DNA from: Octopus sinensis
Lineage: Eukaryota
Assembly: GCF_006345805.1 (NCBI RefSeq)
Contig: NC_042998.1
Span: 13,578,001 to 13,642,000 of the forward strand
Direction of reading: 5' to 3'
DNA: 64,000 bases
Below are positions 40,554 to 53,421 of this stretch, one piece after another. A program made the position numbers and the translations under genes. The number at the start of each line of letters is the position of its first letter. Position 1 is the first letter of the stretch. The notes below the pieces were generated by a model that was not told where the DNA came from, ran no database searches, and worked only from the letters and a program-made list of their open reading frames with translations.

Positions 40554-40555
40554 CA
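40390..40555 (+). repeat. (GTA)n/(GTG)n microsatellite
   Basis: Direct reading. Confidence 0.93.
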
Positions 40556-42518
40556 ACAGAGCAACGACCATAATTATATTAATAAGTGCAATAATAAGAA
40601 CAATAAGAATGATGATGATGATGATAACAAGAAATTTGATGGCAGGTACTGCTCTCTCACTTAATAATAATAATATAATAATAATAATAATAATAATATA
40701 ATAATAATAATAATAATAATAATGATAATAATCAGAAGAACAAGAAGAAGAAGATCAGCAACAACAACAATAACAACATTAAAAGCAACAAAGCGTTCCT
40801 TAATTTGACAAAATTTCAATGAACAAGTTAGTATTACGTAGAGAAGATACAAAATGAATGAATGTTTCGCATTGCAATTGGCAGCAAATCGTTGAATATT
40901 ATGATGAAGATAATAATAATAATTATATAATGTATCAACAAGTATTTTATGAGTGATTTAGGATATCATCTATGGACGCTTAAGTAGCCACTCAAATCCT
41001 CCAGTAACTTTCTGTTTGATTAGGTTTTATAGGTACATATTGAAAATAATGTTATGTAATAGATCCATGAGCACGCATCTAATTATTTTGTTTAGATTGT
41101 GATTCCCATTACAGAATTATGGAAATCCATTATGAATGTATTTAATTCAACTATATGTTGTTCTATCTCATCCTATCTTTAATACAACAGCTATTAGAAC
41201 GAATACGATATGAATACATTTTAGGGGTAGATATCAATTCAACAAAATATGTGCATTTCGATACTTATCCATTAATTTTTCCAGCCAGCCAGTCAGCCAA
41301 GCAGTCGACCAACAGTCAATCAGCGGTCCATCAATTTATTCATATATGTAGAGAGAGGGGGAGGAGAGAAAGGGAGACGGTAGGCGAGATATAGTGAGGG
41401 AGAGCGAGTGGGAGAGAAATAGAGACCAAGAGAGACAAAGAAAAAGTCAGAGACATAAAGGGATATTGCATACTTTGTGATCATACATTCGTGAAACATG
41501 TAATATATGAGAAGTTCTCAATTTTTATACTTTATATAGCGTGTCAAAGTAAATGGCGTGAGTCTGCGCCTGTATGTCTTAGAAATGTTAAAATCGCAAC
41601 AACATTTATTCCAATCTCTTCGCCCTCTCCATGAGAATTATACACCTCGAAGACACTATACTGTTAAGTATAGCTGGTTACTACGTGTCGTTTCTTTTAG
41701 CATCACAAGTTGAGACACATAAAATAACTCATACCAGTTGCCTGGCAGTCATAGAACTTCTGGAATTTTCAACCAAACCATGAAATTATTTTTCGAAACC
41801 AACTAGTAACCAAACAGGAAACCGAGAAAAGAAACAAACACCAGGTGCATGCAAAGCAAAAGTCAATCGCAAAGAGGAATGAGAAAGAACAAATAAACAT
41901 TCAACTAGAATAATGTAGAATTTCGCGTTAGTGCGACTGAGGAAATTTAGTACGATACAGGAGATATGCATGACTAATATAGGAAGTATTGAAATCATTT
42001 ACATAGAAAGCAGGGGAGATAATTAGCGATAGAATATTTAACTCGGCAGATGTGAAAATAGCAATTGAACCAGGAGGACTTTAGACTCCAGCATTGTGCA
42101 GGATGCTCTTAAAATATCGGATAGTATGGGACACTTTTTACAACATGAAATGACTGTATGGGTAAACTATTAGATTTCTGTAGGATTTTATGTGCGTACA
42201 TGCAAAAGAAGGCTTAAAATCCAGGACATTGTGTGAGAAACCAGAACAATACGGTACGAACTGTGCTGTCGTAGTTGCGTAGCATCAAGTTATATCTTAT
42301 ATGTATTGCGTTATATGGATTTAGAAATTATGATGCAGGAGTTTATGCACCGGAGAGAGAAACGTGTAGAAGCGCATGTATGGAGGTAAATCCTTGTGTT
42401 AGACAAACCAAATCTAAGGGTAATGAACTCTTACTTAACAATTAGCAAAATTGAGGTCATATTAATGCTGGTATAGATGTAGCAGTAATTCCTGGACATG
42501 ATTTCGAGTGGAGGTTAC

Positions 42519-42950
42519 GTAGAAGGACTTGTCTCAAACTTTGGCATCGAGAGTTACACGAATGCTAGAACTGGGCGCCACTGCATAGTGCCAAGGACTC
42601 CAAATTTGCCATCAAGATGTAGGACGAGGTACTGTGATAGCCTGGGCTTCAGAGGCCCACAGCTCTTCAATATCCTCCCGAAGAACCTGAGAGACCTACA
42701 TGGGGTGGATGCAGATGTCTTTAAAATAAAACTGGATCTCTTCCTGTCAGGTATCCCAGATGAACCAACTTCACGGCAGGAGGTGCAGATGAGGGCAGCT
42801 GCATCGAACTCTCTCATGCACCAAATGTCAATTGCTAAAAAGCATTCGTGAAGTAAATCATGTAGCAACACCAAATGGCGGTGCCCCAGCATGGCCACAG
42901 CTCGCGAGCTGAAACTAGATAAGATAAAGATAAGATAAAGATACAAGTCG
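42519..42950 (+). mobile_element. 5'-truncated CR1/L2-like LINE 3' end
   Basis: SLGFRGPQLFNILPKNLRD...FKIKLDLFLSGIPDEP, stop at 42851. Tail ggcggtgccccagcatggccacag...gctgaaactag then (gataa)n. Confidence 0.88.
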
Positions 42951-45025
42951 GAACAAAGAATAAGTCCCGAAATCTCTTTTCTTAACATGAAATTAAAGAA
43001 TACTAAGTTATGCATGTAGGTGGGTTGCTATAGAGAGAGTGAGAGATTGAGAAAGAAAGAGATAGAGACAGTAGGATATTCAGGAACAGGAACCCGTTTC
43101 TGAATATTTCCAGTATTCACTTTACACGCACACACACACACATATATAGAAAGAGAAAGCGTGAAGTTGCAAAACGAAAGTAAATTTACGCTGGGTGAGG
43201 TATCACGTGAAAACACAATGGTTAAAATTACACAAAGGTATGCATGTGTTCAGTGGCATAAGACTCATTATTCCAATGCATTGATATTTTTGCAGCGTAA
43301 TGTAGATTAGATGATGTCTAAGCTACATTATATCAGTATTACATACACATAAATTTCCAATGGTACATGTTTGATAATTTCTTTACAAAAACAATATAAG
43401 ACACCCGCGAATTCATGCGATGTTTCATATTTACTGCGCCATTGAAAATATTCTATCTACTTTCATTGATTTTTATTGCTTGTACATGATTTGTATGAAC
43501 GAGATCAACACGAAGTAATTATTTTAGGTTTAGATTATTTTATATTCGTCTGCGTACATTGTTTCATTTTTATGTATTCTTTTTGTTTTAAAATTCATTT
43601 ATTTATTCGTCTATTTATTTGAGCATATTTGTATTCGTTTTTATAGTTTTAACAAATTTGTAAATAGCACTGAAGAACGTTTGACATGATCATTAATGAT
43701 AACTAAATAGTAATGAACAATTATTCTTTATCAGTGCTCCATCATGATAAAATTATTTTTAAAATGCTATGGCAGGCTCATTATTTCAGTGATAATTTTG
43801 CCCTAAAGCTAATCTACAACGGATTTCCATTTCCATTTGGAGCCGCCTTACGTGTTTTATGGCATTTCTGCTGTTACGATAGACATTATGGCAATAATTT
43901 TCAAAATATTGCATCTGTAAATGTTTAACTGGCCAAACATGGCATTAATACTTTATAGCATTATTAAAACCGAAATATCACAATGAGCAGAATAGTTTTC
44001 CTTTCGCATGGCTGTACTAGATTGTTGATTAAAATTTCATATTTGTCCAACGTTTTCTTGAACATTTCGTGCAATAATTAGCAATATATTATGTCTACAT
44101 TCCCTGACACGATGAAAAGAAAAACAAAGATCTACAGAATTATGATAGAATCAGTTTTTGTTTTCTTGCGTGTTCATGAGAATGAACTCTGACGAGAAAG
44201 ATAGAAAACAATTTTGAATAGACCTATACACGTATGTTGCCTGAGTGTTCAAATCCAAATTATAGAACCTACATCCAACGAAAGAAGGGCAATGTGGAAA
44301 TATTCCCAACATATCATCATTCATTTGTTAGTGCGGGACACGTAAGCTGGCCACTGCTATCAAAGCTAAGAAGAATTGGTGAGTAAAATACGTTTGTGGA
44401 CCCCAAGCCATAGCAGTTCTCATAAGGGACGACACAGAACGCCGTACCGTAGATTGATCAATTCTCACGTGATTTTGAGAGAAATAGAAAGTCTGAAAAA
44501 TATCATGTGAGACAGGAGTGCGTGGAGGGAAAAACAAAATGGTCGAAACAATGCATTGTAGAAATTTCTATGGATTAGTTTAAGACTACAAGTTTATAAA
44601 TCAAAACGAGATACTATATACATGATCATCGTTTATCTTTTCATAGGGATGCTTATAAGAAAATAGACCTCTCAATCCTCATCGATTCCTTAAGAAGAAC
44701 AATACGAAATAAATTCTCCTGCAAATTATGCAAAACTTACTGCATGGAATTACCATTAAGAACAACATGTATATGTTGTAGATGATAACCCACCCACAAA
44801 AAAAAACAACTCCATGTTTTCTAAATAAGAGGCTTGAAGACAGGGTACTTCTTTCGAACGTTACAACAAACTAGGTTACATATATATATATATGTAACCT
44901 TAAACACATTTTACACATACATGCATATAATTACATGCATACACACATACATATATGCATATGTTCATTCATTCATACTCACATGTATGTATATATATTA
45001 TATATATATATATATATATAAATAC

Positions 45026-45068
<43 letters not shown>

Positions 45069-45769
45069 CATGTATGCGTTTATATATATACTTGTGTGTA
45101 TGTGTATGTAGAGAGATAGAATGAGAAAGATATAGATGTATGCAAATAAGGCGAGGAGATTCATTTGGTGTTTATACAGTGTGACAGATGATGGAGTGTA
45201 GGCTGGGGAACCGATTAGAAATCCAAAAAGAGGAATGTGATGTATGAGTCGTTATTGAGGGCGATTAATGTCAGTTAAGTGGAGACGTGCATTATGGTAA
45301 TGGAAAGATAGTTACATAAGTTCATTGATAGGAAAGCGAATGAGGCGGGGATTAACTTATTGTTGATGGTTTTCTTTCGAAGGTGGATACAAGGGGCTTC
45401 TGAGTTGGTATATGTTTTATTATTGAAATGAATGCCGATTATGCAGCACAATCATAGGCATATAAACAGATATGGAAGCTCTAAAGAAACCTTACATGTG
45501 TTTGTCTTCCTTGCTTTAAGATAGATACTTCGATATCACATTGCCTAAAGTTTACAAAAACCGTGCAAGGAAATAAAGTGGCCAGCTCTGATTTCTTTTT
45601 TTTACACGATGCTTACGAGGTATATTACTATTTACGTAGAGAACTATAAATGTACACAAAAGGCTGTAGTACCCTTATTCCAAACGAAGAATGTGTACCC
45701 CTTTGTCTCATTGAGTGAAGGTATTTATTTTCGCTCCAGTCATACATGTGGGGTTCAGTTTAATCTCTT

Positions 45770-46125
45770 TTTTACTTTTTTACTCTTTTACTTGTTTCAG
45801 TCATTTGACCCCAGGACTTATTCTTTGTAAGCCAAGTACTTATTTAATCTGTCTCTTTTTGCCGAACCGCTAAGTTACGGGGACGTAAACACACCAGCAT
45901 CGGTTGTCAAGCGATGTTGGAGGCCAAACACAGACACACAAACACACGTAGATGATATATATACATATATACGATGAGCTTCTTTCAGTTTCCATTTACC
46001 AAATCCTCTCATAAGGCTTTGATAGGCGCGAGGCTATTGTAGAAGACACTTGGCCGAGGTGCCACGCAGTGGGACTGAACCCAGAACCATGTGGTTGGTA
46101 AGCCAGCTACTTACCACACAGCCAC
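45770..46125 (-). mobile_element. CORE-type SINE with internal deletion
   Basis: Matches the family tail and head in reverse complement. Confidence 0.87.
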
Positions 46126-46769
46126 ATAGATTGTTTTCAATGTTACTATTCCTGCTTCAATATAACCCCGATTTGTCTTTTTCCATTGTAGACGGAAAAA
46201 TAAATATTTCAATATGTAACAGTGATTGCTGACTTCGATTTACCGTTGGTTTCCGCCATAATTATTTATCTCTCTGTCTAACTCCGACTTACATGTCTCA
46301 GTAAACATGAAACTTTTCGATCTATCAACCAATTTATGATTACACATCTATACTCGTATGAACGCATTATGAAGTATATATATAGTTGTTTATTATCTGG
46401 ATACATGCAAAAGTAAAATTATTTAAAAAAAAGTTTTCATATATCAAATATAAAAACAAATCAGAAAACAATTAACGATTCTGCTCGACAGATATTCATA
46501 AGTTGGTAGCAAATTGTGTTTCCCTGGTAAAGGTAAGAAATTAAACAATCAATAAAACTCACGCGTTTCTTTGGAGGGACAGTTCAAGTACATTCTAGTT
46601 TTCGAATTTACTATGTAGATTGAATCCCGAAGTTATCATCCAAATCAGTTTGTGTGATTTGCTAGACGTCTTTTAAACGCGGTAATCTACTAACACATCA
46701 AATACGAGTCACGTTTATAAAGCTTGAGCACCTGTATTTATTAGACTGATAAGCAAGGAATAAAAGCCG

Positions 46770-46817
<48 letters not shown>

Positions 46818-47295
46818 TAATATATATATATATTATTTATTATATATATATATAATATATACTATATATATATATATATTTACATGCATATATATTCATA
46901 TACTTATATATATATATGTATATGTATATAATAAAGGTTCGTGAGTAAGGCCAGAACAATGTGAAGTAAATGAGAGGTAAATGTCAAGAAAACAAATATA
47001 TGATTTAATGTAGACTTACCTTGTAGTCAATATTTCGGTGTTATAATCGCATTTTCAAGATATTAACGAATGTTGCCATTGTGCGTGTGTGAGCGTTTGT
47101 GGAGTTCACATGTGCGGAAAGCTGTTGCTATAGCAACGAGCTAGCCTATGTAATACTATTTTGTTGTTGTTCCTAGGTTTCTTTTGCTGTATGAAGATGG
47201 CCTCAAGATTCTAAGTTTGCCCTTGTTCCGCTGTGTTGCCTTGATGTGCACTGGGAAATCCTATGAGTGACCCTAAATTGGGCCAGAGGGCCTAT

Positions 47296-47403
47296 GTAGT
47301 ATACGAGATCATCTGTAGCAAATGTGGCGTATCCTATATAGGAAGCACAAGAAAGAAATTCGATATACGCATTAAGGAACACATGCAGCACACACTTCCA
47401 TGA
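47296..47403 (+). pseudogene. GIY-YIG endonuclease fragment of a Penelope-like element
   Basis: VVYEIICSKCGVSYIGSTRKKFDIRIKEH matches the GIY-YIG pattern with the CxxC insert typical of Penelope-like elements. Confidence 0.85.
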
Positions 47404-47637
47404 AGAAACATGTACGGTATTACCAGACCTGAGTATTCACAGTGTACATCAAGGCAATACAGCGGAACAGGTGCAACCTTAAAATCTCTGAGGACATCCA
47501 CATACACCCCAAAAAAAAAACTAAGATCAACAACCGCAGAGAGCTACAGGAAGCTAGCTGGTTGATATAGGAACATTTTTCTGCGTTCTGCCCAAGTTCA
47601 ACTCTATACACGCTCACACACACGCACATCGCAACAT

Positions 47638-47684
47638 GTGTTAATTTCTTGAAAATGGGGTCATAACCCCGAAATATTGAACAC
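47638..47684 (+). ncRNA. Minimal hammerhead motif with U3:A8 core
   Basis: GUGuuaauUUC-UUGAAAA-U-GGGG ucauaa CCCC-GAA-AUAU-U-GAACAC. Confidence 0.55.
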
Positions 47685-47806
47685 AAGGTAAGTCATATAT
47701 TTGTTTTCTTGTGATTTGCCTTGCATTTACTTCGCGTTGTTCTGACCTTACCTACGATCGTTTATGTAATATATTCAACACAATGCTTCATGGTAATTAT
47801 TCCATT

Positions 47807-47855
<49 letters not shown>

Positions 47856-47964
47856 TTACTGGAAGTTAATTAATGGTCATTACATATTCTAATATTATAG
47901 CAAATTTGACAATACATATGTAAACACGTGTGTGTGTATATATGTATATATTTATATATGTATA

Positions 47965-48003
<39 letters not shown>

Positions 48004-48016
48004 TATATAATATATA

Positions 48017-48054
<38 letters not shown>

Positions 48055-49539
48055 TATATATATGTATATATATACATATGCATAGATAAGTGAGTGTGTA
48101 TTTGACTATACGGGAACATAAATGTATGCTAACATACATAAACACGTATGTATTCATATATATGGGTGTGTGTATGTGTGCGTGCGAGTGAGTGTGTGTG
48201 TGGGTTTACGTGTGTGTGCCTGTATGTGCGTTCCGTTCTTATATTTTAAAATGTATTGGTCAATAGATCTCCGTTCATCCCACTATGTGTGGTACTTTCT
48301 TTGTTTCCAACAAAATGGCGCACCTATGTATTTCCGTAATAAAGAGCTTACATATATCAAGATTTTGTCGGATAGATGGAGTGCACGAATAGGCTAAGTA
48401 AACGAAATCTTACAGCATTACTTACTTTTGTGTGGAAATATAAATGATATAATTTTCTGTACAAAACCGGCAAAAATGAGAATACGGCACAAATAACAAG
48501 CAAGTACTTCTTGATTTTTACAATTCAAATATCTCGTTTTACGAAGAGTAACTAGGTCAGCATGGTCATCAGTTTAATAATTATACATACGTACAAACAC
48601 ACATTCATACACGCATACACACACGTATATGATATATACATAAGCGTATATCCACGTATATGCATCTGTGAATTCAAAAGAAAATTAAATTATTTTAAAT
48701 TTTGAAAATCTAGTGTATGCTAACAAAGCCTTTCTATATTATCATTAAATATGCGCATATGATTATGTAACATTATGTATACATATATACCGACACAGAA
48801 ATAAATAACAGAGTCTAACAAGTGTATATTAAACAGTGTTTAACATAAATCGTTTTCTATTTCCATATTCAATCAAACAGACATTCACAGATGTGTATAG
48901 GTGGATATACGTTTATGTATGTATCATATACTTGCGTGTATGCGTGTATGAATGTGTTTGTACGTATGTATAAGTTTATACGGGTATATGCTAACATTTA
49001 TAAGTATGTGTGTGTGTGTGAGCAGTTAAGTAGATAAACTCAGAAAGACAACTATGATTACATTTTACTTCAAGTTCATTTCCTAAAACTTTATGACGAA
49101 CATTCTATATGTGACACATCGTTCGTTCTTTTATTGATATGTGTACGTATTGTAGTTATGAACAAGTAGAGTTCAACCTTATAATTACTGTTCATTCTAG
49201 TGATTCGGTGTGAACCAATTATTATATCTAGATAATTCCACAGAAGCCTAAAAATTTAGCCATTTTCACACACACACACACACACACACCACACAGAGAT
49301 ACACACAGACACACACGCACTCATGTAGATAAATAACAGAAAAATCCCTGAACGGCATTCCTTATTTAAATTACTGGTTTGACATATTGTAGTACATTGA
49401 TGAGATTACATAATTGTATAACTGCACGATGACACCCGGTAGCCAATTCCTTGAGAAGGCTTTGTATTGCATACACATACTAAAAACTTTTTCAGCAAAA
49501 TACTATTTCACGATGTATACGTATATACATTCTTTTGTT

Positions 49540-49766
49540 CTACGACTTGTTTCAGTAATTTGACTGCGAACACGCTGGAACACCGCCTTAAAGTGTTTTA
49601 GTAAAAGTAATCGACCCAGGACTTATTCTTTGTAAGCTTTGTATTCTGTTGTCCCTTTTGCCGAATGGTAAGTTACGGGGACATAAACTTGCCAACACCG
49701 GTTGTCGAATGATAGCGTGGGATGGGGGTTAAACACAGATACACACGCACGCACACAAACACACTG

Positions 49767-49810
<44 letters not shown>

Positions 49811-50093
49811 GAAACAATGGAGTCGAACGAAGATGTTAACAAAATTCCTTTACTCTCGACACATGTTTCGAAGACAGTGTCGAGAGTAAAGGAATTTTGT
49901 TAACATCTTCGTTCGACTCCATTCTTTCATTTATTCATATACAACACACAAATTTCTACACATGAACCCGGAGTTTCTACCCTTGACAGGTCGCTTCAAC
50001 CGTGTTTTCTGACGTGAATTTGCTACGAAGGTTTCGGTTAAACGAATTTTTCATGCTGACGATAAACATAGGATAATTCATTCACCTACTTAA

Positions 50094-50192
<99 letters not shown>

Positions 50193-50370
50193 TTTATATT
50201 ATATATATATACGACAAGCTTCTTTCAATTTTCGTCTACCAAATTCACTCACAAGCTTTCGTTGGTTCGAGGCTATAGTAGTAGCAGTCACTTGGCCAAG
50301 TTGGCACGAACTAAGACTGAACCCAGAACCATATACTTAAGAAGGTATCTTCTTACCACATAGCCACAGC
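49540..50370 (-). mobile_element. Diverged CORE-type SINE split by an insertion (about 49807-50095) in its internal (TA)n
   Basis: 3' half at about 49540-49770 and 5' half at about 50205-50370. Confidence 0.75.
49807..49932. repeat. Perfect 47-bp inverted repeat with 14-nt spacer, extendable to about 56 bp with one mismatch
   Basis: 49816-49862 is the exact reverse complement of 49877-49923. Confidence 0.97.
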
Positions 50371-51601
50371 TATATATATGAATGTATATACGTATGTATT
50401 TGTATGTATGTATGTATATATGTACGTATGTGTATGTACGTATGTGTGCATGTATGTATATGTGCATGTACGTATACATATATGTCTGTTTATATACTTA
50501 TGTGTGTAAGTATCTATATATATTTTGGAAACCACCATGTTTAACTAACACTAGCCCCTTTCACTGAATGCAATGTACAGCGCGCTAAATATGAGGTATT
50601 GATTAATTTAGTGTGTCAGTAATAGTAGCTGTCGTTGTTACATATCTTACTATTTAGGTACAGTTGCATTAGCATCGAATATTTCAAGGGCAACAATTAT
50701 TAATATTATTAATTACAAATGAAAACGTTGATGTATAATGTATTTAGTACAAATTTTCGAAACATCTTTCTTAATATATGTGAAGTTTCTTAATTCTATT
50801 AATCGAACTAACTTTAAAGTAACCGTTTCTGTGCCGTATCTCATTCTTTTCGATATTTTTTTTAATTACTCGTATCTGTATACACTTGAGTATGTTTTAC
50901 TTTGTAAGTTATTAGTTTAAGATACAAAAATCAATGAAAGAAGATAAAAATTCTATTATTGGATTTTCTCCTGATTATAGATAAATCCTGCTACATTACT
51001 AATTTATTTTTTCGTTCGTACTCGTTCGTAATTTTCCTGCAAAAAGTAAAGTAAAATATTCATGTTTTTTATTTGTTCTGTTCAAACTACTTATCTTCAG
51101 TAGCCAAATGAACAAAATTTCAAAATTTATTAACTGGAGATATTTCTGATGATTTGTTATCAATTTGACACATCCAATCTAATGGTTTCTGATTTAGGCA
51201 TATGGCAAACAAATCGATATCAAGAAAGCTAATATTTCACTGGTTTTAAATAACCACCCCCAATAGGAGGGAACTATAACTTGATCTTGGCAAGATTTGA
51301 AACCGGAATGTGAAGATTTGGAATAAATAGGGGCGTGATATTTTGTCCTTCACACAGATACTGCTGTTAAAACAGATTCATAATGATAAATAATAATAAA
51401 TTGGTTATCGTTTATTTGATCAAATATATATTTAAGGATGTAAAGTTAAAGACAGAAATATTTTAATGATGTTTGCCACGAAGCAGAATGATTCTTTGGT
51501 AAATCAATTGTCTTTGATGTTTTCCGCACACATCTGCACTGTTGGCTACAAGGCTGACCAGTCTAAAATTCCCTGAAATAGGAGTACTGGAGTGCGTAGA
51601 C

Positions 51602-51807
51602 CAGTGTTTTTCAAACTTTTTGCTGGAGCGGAACTCCAAGGAAACATTCTACTAGCTCGAGGAACCCCTGTGCAATAATTTAATAGTCTTATGCATACAT
51701 ATCTGCACAGGAGAATTAAAAATTACTGCCGATGTTAGCAGTTTTGTAACTTCTTGCGGAACCCTTGGACTGTACTGGTTCCGCGGAACCCTGGTTGAAA
51801 ACCACTG
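51602..51807. mobile_element. hAT (Charlie-like) MITE
   Basis: Imperfect TIRs cagtgtttttcaaac / gttgaaaaccactg. 8-bp TSD gcgtagac at 51594-51601 and 51808-51815. Confidence 0.9.
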
Positions 51808-52460
51808 GCGTAGACGATAATGATAGAGAGGATCCCTAATATGGAACCATCGATATTTGAATCTAGTGAATATAGTAGCTTTAGGAACAAATAAGCCGGT
51901 TGTTACGTTGCAAGTTCGGATGCCTTCTACTCAACTCTACTCAACTCTGCTACTCTTCGACGTCTAGACTTCTCTAAATCTACGTATTGGGCTAGTCTAC
52001 TTCATCGTCTACGGGCGTCCACAAAACACAGGTAAATATAAATCAAAAAATATAAAAACGCTAGAGGGAAAATTTCAATTCCAGTTCTGTATACTTACTT
52101 CACCTAATAATAGTTCCTTTCAACAGAATTATTTCAAAATGTACAGATATAACGTAGCTTTTTACATTCAACCATTGATGAGATTCTATTTATGTCACTC
52201 TACACCGAAGAGTCGCTAACACAAAAACAACCCCGTATATATTCTCGATCTGTTCTATTTAGTCATCACTTGTAACTTTGAATTCGCAAGTGTTGATGCG
52301 CACATAGACTTTACAACGATTTATATCAAACTTTTCTTCCCGAGATGGATAATACTATACCACTCATTAACACATTTAACATTAATTATACTTGAAATTT
52401 AGTTGTACGAACAAAAATGGTCCCTTCCTTTTGTATATACGTGCACAGTATATATATATA

Positions 52461-52548
<88 letters not shown>

Positions 52549-53075
52549 ATATATATATATAAATAGTATGCAATACGAGAGTATGTGCTTCCAGTAAAGA
52601 ATAGCCGTGAGGGCAAATGATACATAGAAGTAAATATATGGCACAACGAAGTACCGATATTTACTGGAAAATAGCGGACGTAATAAATACGACGCTAATG
52701 TATAGCTTCACTGCGTATATACTAGCATAAATGCGTGTGTGCAACAAACTTGAAAAAAATTGTCTTACCGCCAGGTTGTCGAGGTATATGTTGGCTGATG
52801 AAGATAAATCAAGTATATGTGAGCAGACATATCTTGAAAAATCTGAAACCGGTACCACATTATCCCTTTCTAGGTATTTCATCTTTCAGATGTCTCCCTA
52901 AGGACACAGGAATAATGTGTCAAAGCCATCAGGAAGCGCCGATGCTTCCTAGGGCTAAACAGTGGTGGAGTAACCCCCTACTGTCACGTTCACGTTAGAT
53001 TGACAGTGTACAACCATTCTATCGACCCACCACCGTACATATCTCTATGAGAGATTTAGAAATTTTATATTTCTG

Positions 53076-53115
<40 letters not shown>

Positions 53116-53122
53116 TATATAT

Positions 53123-53421
53123 ATCACGTTATCACGTGACCGACCAGGCTATCATACGTTGTTACACCTCGCTGGTCACAATCCGCTTCGCATTGTTTTA
53201 GCCTTCAAATGACGCCATCCCGCTGGCTAAGCGAGCAGGCCAACAGAAGAAAGAGTGAGAGAAATTTGCAGCGAAAAAGTACAGCAGGGTTCGCCAGCCC
53301 TGCCTGCCGGAGCTTTAGGTGTCCTCACTCAATAAACACTCACAACGCCCGCTCTGTGAATCGAAACCAGGATCCTACGACCGCGAGTCCGCTGCCCTAA
53401 CCACAAGGCCATTGCACCTCC
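53123..53421 (-). mobile_element. tRNA-Arg(TCG)-derived SINE
   Basis: Minus-strand head ggaggtgcaatggccttgtggttagggcagcggactcgcggtc with a TCG anticodon-like loop. Tail gtcacgtgataacgtgat. Confidence 0.88.

Noticed and set aside
42050-42420. Possible old RTE 3' remnant
   Set aside because: Too degraded to support with motifs.
51900-52125. TG...CA bounded CpG-rich segment, possible solo LTR
   Set aside because: No matching TSD, PBS or PPT and no second copy.
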